Shown here piece after piece: positions 59,940 through 64,000 of a stretch of DNA of 64,000 nt. The notes beneath the pieces are model-generated. The model was not told where the DNA came from and did no database searches. It saw only the letters and a list, made by a program, of their open reading frames with translations. Source of the stretch: Candidatus Harrisonbacteria bacterium CG10_big_fil_rev_8_21_14_0_10_40_38. GTDB lineage: Bacteria; Patescibacteriota; Minisyncoccia; UBA6257; 1-14-0-10-40-38. The first letter of the stretch is position 1, and each line of letters starts with the position of its first letter. The DNA lies in the NCBI GenBank assembly GCA_002773535.1, contig PFAZ01000001.1, positions 89,273 through 153,272 of the forward strand, written 5' to 3'. The translations under genes and the position numbers were made by a program.

Positions 59940-60285
59940 TCATTAACTAGATCAATTAGTCGTTACATGTCGCATTTAACATTCCACAATCTTCAGTATT
60001 TAGTTTTCAGTTTCAAGTTTTCGGTTTTTAGTTGTAAGTCTTAAGTCTTAAGTTTTCGTCTTCGGTCATTAGTATTTGGAATTTATTTGTAATTTGGGAT
60101 TTGGAATTTAATTAGGTCAATTAGATTAATTATCATGCCGAAGGCAGATCCTCCTCCGGAGGAGCAATTAGAAATTAGTCGTTAGTCTTCAGTTATTAGT
60201 TTTTAGTTGCTAGTTGCTAGTCTTTAGTTGTAAGTTGTAAGTCACATTGTTTTACATATAACATTTCACATGCCACAATATTGTT
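59940..60285. repeat. intergenic repeat block: AGT-heptad arrays, ATGTCGCATT...CCACA core copies, ATTAG array, 14-bp palindrome CTCCTCCGGAGGAG
   Basis: Runs of 7-nt units tagtcgt/tagtctt/cagttat/tagtttt/tagttgc...; core motif at 59964-59990 and 60255-60285. Confidence 0.7.
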
Positions 60286-61404
60286 ATGAACTTTCTAAGC
60301 AAAGCAAAACAATCAGCTATAAAAAATAAAACATGCATCCTTCGTGCTGGCTTCGACATACAAAATAAAAATGAAACACTCCGTCTCGAAGCCACTCTTC
60401 CCACACTCAACCTTCTTTTAAAAAATGATGCAAAAATTATTATTATCGCTCACCGTGGCCGACCAAAAAAAACATACTCTTTAGGAAAAAAAGTAAAAGC
60501 AAATAAAGACGAAACCCTCGCTGTAACACTTCCCTACTTTAAAAAAAATCTTAAAACCCAAATAACCCTCGTTTCAGATTTTAATCTCAAAACCCTTAAA
60601 GAAAAAATCAAAAAATCAAAACCTAAAACAATCTTCCTTCTCGAAAATATCCGACTTATTAAAGGCGAAGAAAAGGCAGACCCAAAGCTCGGCAAAGCCC
60701 TTTCAGAACTTGGAGATTTTTATATAAATGACGACTTTGCCGCAGCACACAGGTCAAACTCCTCAATAACAGAGATTCCAAAACACATACCATCCTATGC
60801 AGGTCTTCTTCTCGAAGCTGAAATAAACGCACTCAGAAGAGCAACCAGTAAACCCAAAAAACCGTTTGTTGTAATCGTAGGCGGAGCCAAAGTGCCGGAA
60901 AAAATTTCCGTTGTCGGAAAGCTACTGCCAACAGCCCAAACATTCCTCATCGGCGGCATAGTGGCTACAACATTTCTAAAAGCAAAAAACCTTGATATCG
61001 GCAAGTCAAAATTCGATAAAGAAATGATACAAGCCGCTCAAACTCTCGAAAAAAGTAAAAAAATAATTTTACCCGCAGATTATGTCGTTCACAATGACGA
61101 GATTCAGGACATAGGTCCCGGAGCAATAAAAATCTTCAGCACAGAAATTAAAAAAGCATCAACAATCCTCTGGAATGGCCCCATGGGACACTTTGAAGAT
61201 AAAAGATTTAGAAAGGGTTCGGAAATGATTGCGAGAGCAATAGCAAAGAGTAAGGCATTTTCACTGATAGGCGGCGGGGAAACAACAGAATTAATTAGGG
61301 AATTAAAACTTCAAAAGAAGGTTGGCTTTCTCTCAACTGGAGGCGGAGCTATGCTCACCTATCTCGGAGGCGGAGCTATGCCAGCGCTAGAAGCTCTTGG
61401 ATAA
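60286..61404 (+). CDS. pgk: phosphoglycerate kinase
   Basis: N-domain RAGFDIQ...AHRGRP and C-domain nucleotide-binding motifs; 372 aa. Confidence 0.85.
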   Translation: MNFLSKAKQSAIKNKTCILRAGFDIQNKNETLRLEATLPTLNLLLKNDAKIIIIAHRGRPKKTYSLGKKVKANKDETLAVTLPYFKKNLKTQITLVSDFNLKTLKEKIKKSKPKTIFLLENIRLIKGEEKADPKLGKALSELGDFYINDDFAAAHRSNSSITEIPKHIPSYAGLLLEAEINALRRATSKPKKPFVVIVGGAKVPEKISVVGKLLPTAQTFLIGGIVATTFLKAKNLDIGKSKFDKEMIQAAQTLEKSKKIILPADYVVHNDEIQDIGPGAIKIFSTEIKKASTILWNGPMGHFEDKRFRKGSEMIARAIAKSKAFSLIGGGETTELIRELKLQKKVGFLSTGGGAMLTYLGGGAMPALEALG

Positions 61405-61441
61405 AAGGACAAATTTCTAATTGATCTAATTAACCTAAAAA

Positions 61442-61798
61442 ATGAACAAGAAATTTGATCTTGAAGAAAGAACTGCAAGGTTTGGGGAAAATGTTATTAA
61501 ATTCTGCAAAAAAATTCCCAAAACCCCTATCACAACACCACTGGTTACACAATTAATAAAATCCGGAACAAGTGTTGGCGCAAATTATTGTGAAGCAGAT
61601 GACGCAGAAAGAAGAACGATTTCCGACATAAAATAGGAATCTGCAAAAAAAAAGCTAGGGAAAGTAAACATTTTTTAAGAATGATAAACACTACAAATCC
61701 AGAATTAAAAGATGAGCTAGTAATATTATGGCCAGAAGCAAAAGAATTAAATCTTGATTTCAATAAAATTTATCAACGATTAAAAGAAAAAAAGTAGT
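61442..61798 (+). pseudogene. four-helix-bundle protein (23S rRNA intervening-sequence protein family), frameshifted
   Basis: N-terminal half in frame to 61636 (ends EADDAERR); the C-terminal half (KNDFRHKIGICKKKARESKHFLRMI...) continues in the -1 frame to 61798; the shift falls in the A-rich run gaaagaagaac. Confidence 0.5.
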
Positions 61799-61849
61799 TT
61801 AGAAATTGGTTATTAGAAATTAGGTCAATTAGAGCAATTAGATTAATTT

Positions 61850-62689
61850 ATGAAAAAAATTATCATTCTCTTCCATGGAAATTGTCACGATGGTTTCGGA
61901 GCCGCATGGGCAGCATGGAAAAAATTCGGCGCCAAAGCAGAATACATTCCAATCCTTCACAACGATCCTCCACCAAAAGGATTAAAAAACAAAAAACTAT
62001 TTTTTCTTGATATCACCTATAAAGGTGAGATATTGGACAAAATAATAAAAGAAAATGACGTTACGATTATAGATCACCATGTAAGCGTAAAAGAAGAAAT
62101 TAAAAAAGCTCCTAATCATGTCTATGGCGAAAAAAATTCCGGATCAGTTCTTGCGTGGCAATATTTTCATCCAAATAAAAAAGCACCATGGCTTCTTCGC
62201 TATGTTGAAGCAGGAGATCTCTGGGATTTTTCACTTCCAAATTCAAATGAGGTTCGTGTCGCTATAGAAACAAATCCTATGGAATTCAAAAAATGGAACA
62301 GGATGCAAACAGAAATCGAAAATCCGCAAAAAAGAAAGACATATATTATTCAGGGAAAAGCGATTCTTACATATAGAGATTCAGAGGTAAACGAACTCGC
62401 AAAAAACGCAGATGTAGGCATTTTCGATAAAAGAAAAATTTGGATTGTAAATTCAGCAACAGAAAGATCAAAAACAGGCGCAGTGCTCGCAGCAAAAAAA
62501 TTTCACATAGCTCTAATCTGGAACAGAGTTGGAAACCAAATCAGAGTTTCTCTTCGATCAGATAGTCATGTTGACGTCTCAAAGATAGCTCAAAAATATG
62601 GCGGCGGGGGCCACAAACAGGCAGCAGGGTTTACCCTAGACGCCTCAAAACCCCTCCCGTGGAGATATGTCAAAAGAGAAAAGAGATGA
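61850..62689 (+). CDS. DHH/DHHA1 phosphoesterase (NrnA-like nanoRNase/pAp phosphatase)
   Basis: DHH-type motifs (HGNCHDGFGAA, IIDHH) and DHHA1 GGGGH. Confidence 0.65.
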   Translation: MKKIIILFHGNCHDGFGAAWAAWKKFGAKAEYIPILHNDPPPKGLKNKKLFFLDITYKGEILDKIIKENDVTIIDHHVSVKEEIKKAPNHVYGEKNSGSVLAWQYFHPNKKAPWLLRYVEAGDLWDFSLPNSNEVRVAIETNPMEFKKWNRMQTEIENPQKRKTYIIQGKAILTYRDSEVNELAKNADVGIFDKRKIWIVNSATERSKTGAVLAAKKFHIALIWNRVGNQIRVSLRSDSHVDVSKIAQKYGGGGHKQAAGFTLDASKPLPWRYVKREKR

Positions 62690-62813
62690 GCGAAAAAAAG
62701 AAAAAAGGAATTTGATCATTATTTAAATTAATTTTAAACTTTACAATGTCATTTTCCATTTTGATTTTTCCATTTTAAACTATCCCTAATTCATTCTTCA
62801 TAACTCATAACCC

Positions 62814-63239
62814 ATGATTCACAATTCCCCTCTCATCATCTATACAGACGGCGGCGCCAGAGGTAATCCCGGTCCTGCAGCGATTGGATATGTTATTGGC
62901 GAAAAAACCTATGGCGAAGCAATAGGCTCCGCAACAAACAATATTGCCGAATACAGCGCAGTAATAGCAGCCCTCAAAAAAGCAAAACTTCTAATCGGAA
63001 AAGACAAAGCAAAAAAAACCGATGTTAAAGTCAACATGGACAGCGAGTTAGTTGTCCGCCAAATGAACGGAGAATATAAAATCAAAGAACCAGAACTCCA
63101 AAAACTATTCATTGAAATCTGGAACTTAAAACTCGACTTTAAGTCTGTCTCCTTTTCACATATCCCAAGAGAGCAAAACCGCGAAGCAGACAGACTTGTA
63201 AACGAAGCTCTAGATAAAGAAAAATCAAAGTTGTTTTAA
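62814..63239 (+). CDS. rnhA: ribonuclease H (type 1)
   Basis: DGG...NN.AEY...D...REQN..AD catalytic DEDD arrangement (TDGGARGNPG, NNIAEY, MDSELVV, REQNREADRL). Confidence 0.75.
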   Translation: MIHNSPLIIYTDGGARGNPGPAAIGYVIGEKTYGEAIGSATNNIAEYSAVIAALKKAKLLIGKDKAKKTDVKVNMDSELVVRQMNGEYKIKEPELQKLFIEIWNLKLDFKSVSFSHIPREQNREADRLVNEALDKEKSKLF

Positions 63240-63244
63240 TAAAA

Positions 63245-63432
63245 TACTGCCTACGTCATAAGACGCAGGCAGCACTACCTCTCTCGCCGAGAGGCAAGGC
63301 TGAAGCGGGTTAGGCTTCAACGAGACGCTGGATCACCTCTCTTTCAACGAGACCAAGGTTGCTTTTTAGACGAACCATAGGCGTCTCCTTGTCAAGAAGC
63401 GAATCCACATTTCTGTTTGAGCAACAGAAATG
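63245..63432 (-). ncRNA. candidate small RNA (~185 nt) with own -10 box and intrinsic terminator
   Basis: Minus-strand TATAAT (+63444-63449) then 5' hairpin (63408-63432), GC-rich stems (cctctc/gagagg, gaagc/gcttc, gagacgc/gcgtctc), terminal hairpin 63248-63273 followed by U-run. Confidence 0.35.
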
Positions 63433-63450
63433 CTTCAAACAAAATTATAG

Positions 63451-63505
63451 CATAAAATAAAAAATCACCTCGTCTTCGACTTTTTCAAGTCAAAAACAAG
63501 GTGAG
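63451..63505 (-). terminator. rho-independent terminator of the small peptide gene
   Basis: tcacctcgtcttcgac...gtcaaaaacaaggtga hairpin plus U-run on minus strand. Confidence 0.55.
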
Positions 63506-63530
63506 TATTCCGTTTGACTGCTTTAAAAAG

Positions 63531-63632
63531 CTAATCAAACCGATTTATCAAAAAACGAATCAAAAAAAACAGAGTCACTACCAAAACTGCAAACAAAAGA
63601 AAAACGAGAACAAAAACCATTCCGAAAGACAT
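63531..63632 (-). CDS. tiny hydrophobic peptide (33 aa)
   Basis: RBS GAGGAG 7 nt before ATG; MSFGMVFVLVFLLFAVLVVTLFFLIRFLINRFD; terminator follows. Confidence 0.3.
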   Translation of the reverse strand: MSFGMVFVLVFLLFAVLVVTLFFLIRFLINRFD

Positions 63633-64000
63633 CGATTTTTCTCCTCAAAAAAAGCGAGACATACACCTTCACTCTATGTGTGAATCTTCCTCCCAATATT
63701 TATCCTTTAAAGAGTTAAGGAGCCAAAGAACAATACCCATCAAGACCACTAAGACTGAACCTACAACAAACTCCATAAGACACCTCCAAAAAAACCAATC
63801 AACAATATAATGAATAGAAATATATAAAAAGTAAAGTAAATAACAAAAAACCGCTGGAAATTCCAGACGGTTCTTTGTTGTCGGTAGCCTATAAGCCGGA
63901 TTCTGTTTTACCTCGCCGAAGATCTAGCGAAGGCGGATTTTATCTCGCCCGCAAAACTTGGATAGATAAACGATAGCCATCTATCTAGCCCTGCAATTAC

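Noticed and set aside
60535-60600. aatcttaaaaccc / aatctcaaaaccc repeats inside pgk as further heptad-family copies
   Set aside because: Unit is AATCTYA, not AACTNNN; likely ordinary Lys/Asn-rich coding in an AT-rich genome.
1-64000. CRISPR arrays, transposases, integrases, reverse transcriptases
   Set aside because: No regularly spaced direct repeats with unique spacers and no ORF with DDE, tyrosine/serine recombinase or RT motifs; the short repeats present are simple heptad/hexamer arrays and palindromes.

Overview
This is a low-GC window (roughly 35-40% GC by eye), gene-dense, with mostly short intergenic spacers. It resembles a small streamlined Gram-positive-type or Candidate Phyla Radiation (Patescibacteria-like) genome; that placement is an inference from gene content and compact gene versions. 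Contents: (i) a cell-wall/division block on the minus strand (FemAB-like, M23 peptidase, gltX, murG, ftsW, amidohydrolase, mraY, DD-carboxypeptidase, scpB, scpA); (ii) all three nucleotide-excision-repair genes (uvrA, uvrB, a short uvrC) plus a 1113-aa UvrD-like helicase-nuclease; (iii) housekeeping genes (dnaX, typA, tag, pyrG, pgk, rnhA, nrnA-like, msrB, FKBP, pterin dehydratase); (iv) a glycosylation pair (polyprenol-phosphate sugar synthase of glycosyltransferase family 2 plus a PMT/ArnT-type transferase) near secreted proteins with Pro/Thr-rich linkers and an 8x FN3-repeat surface protein; (v) one tRNA-Gln(UUG) with an adjacent partial duplicate. What the ORFs do not explain: a 1.5-kb non-coding island (20.2-21.8 kb) holding several promoter/terminator-bounded, GC-rich, strongly structured candidate RNAs; a 7-nt-periodic AGT repeat family that fills intergenic regions and also sits as in-frame insertions inside gltX and uvrB; twin 36-bp palindromes flanking a DUF218 cassette and preceding uppP; and several GC-rich structured intergenic segments with long closing stems (17.8 kb, 59.7 kb, 63.3 kb). 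No CRISPR array, transposase or integrase was recognised.
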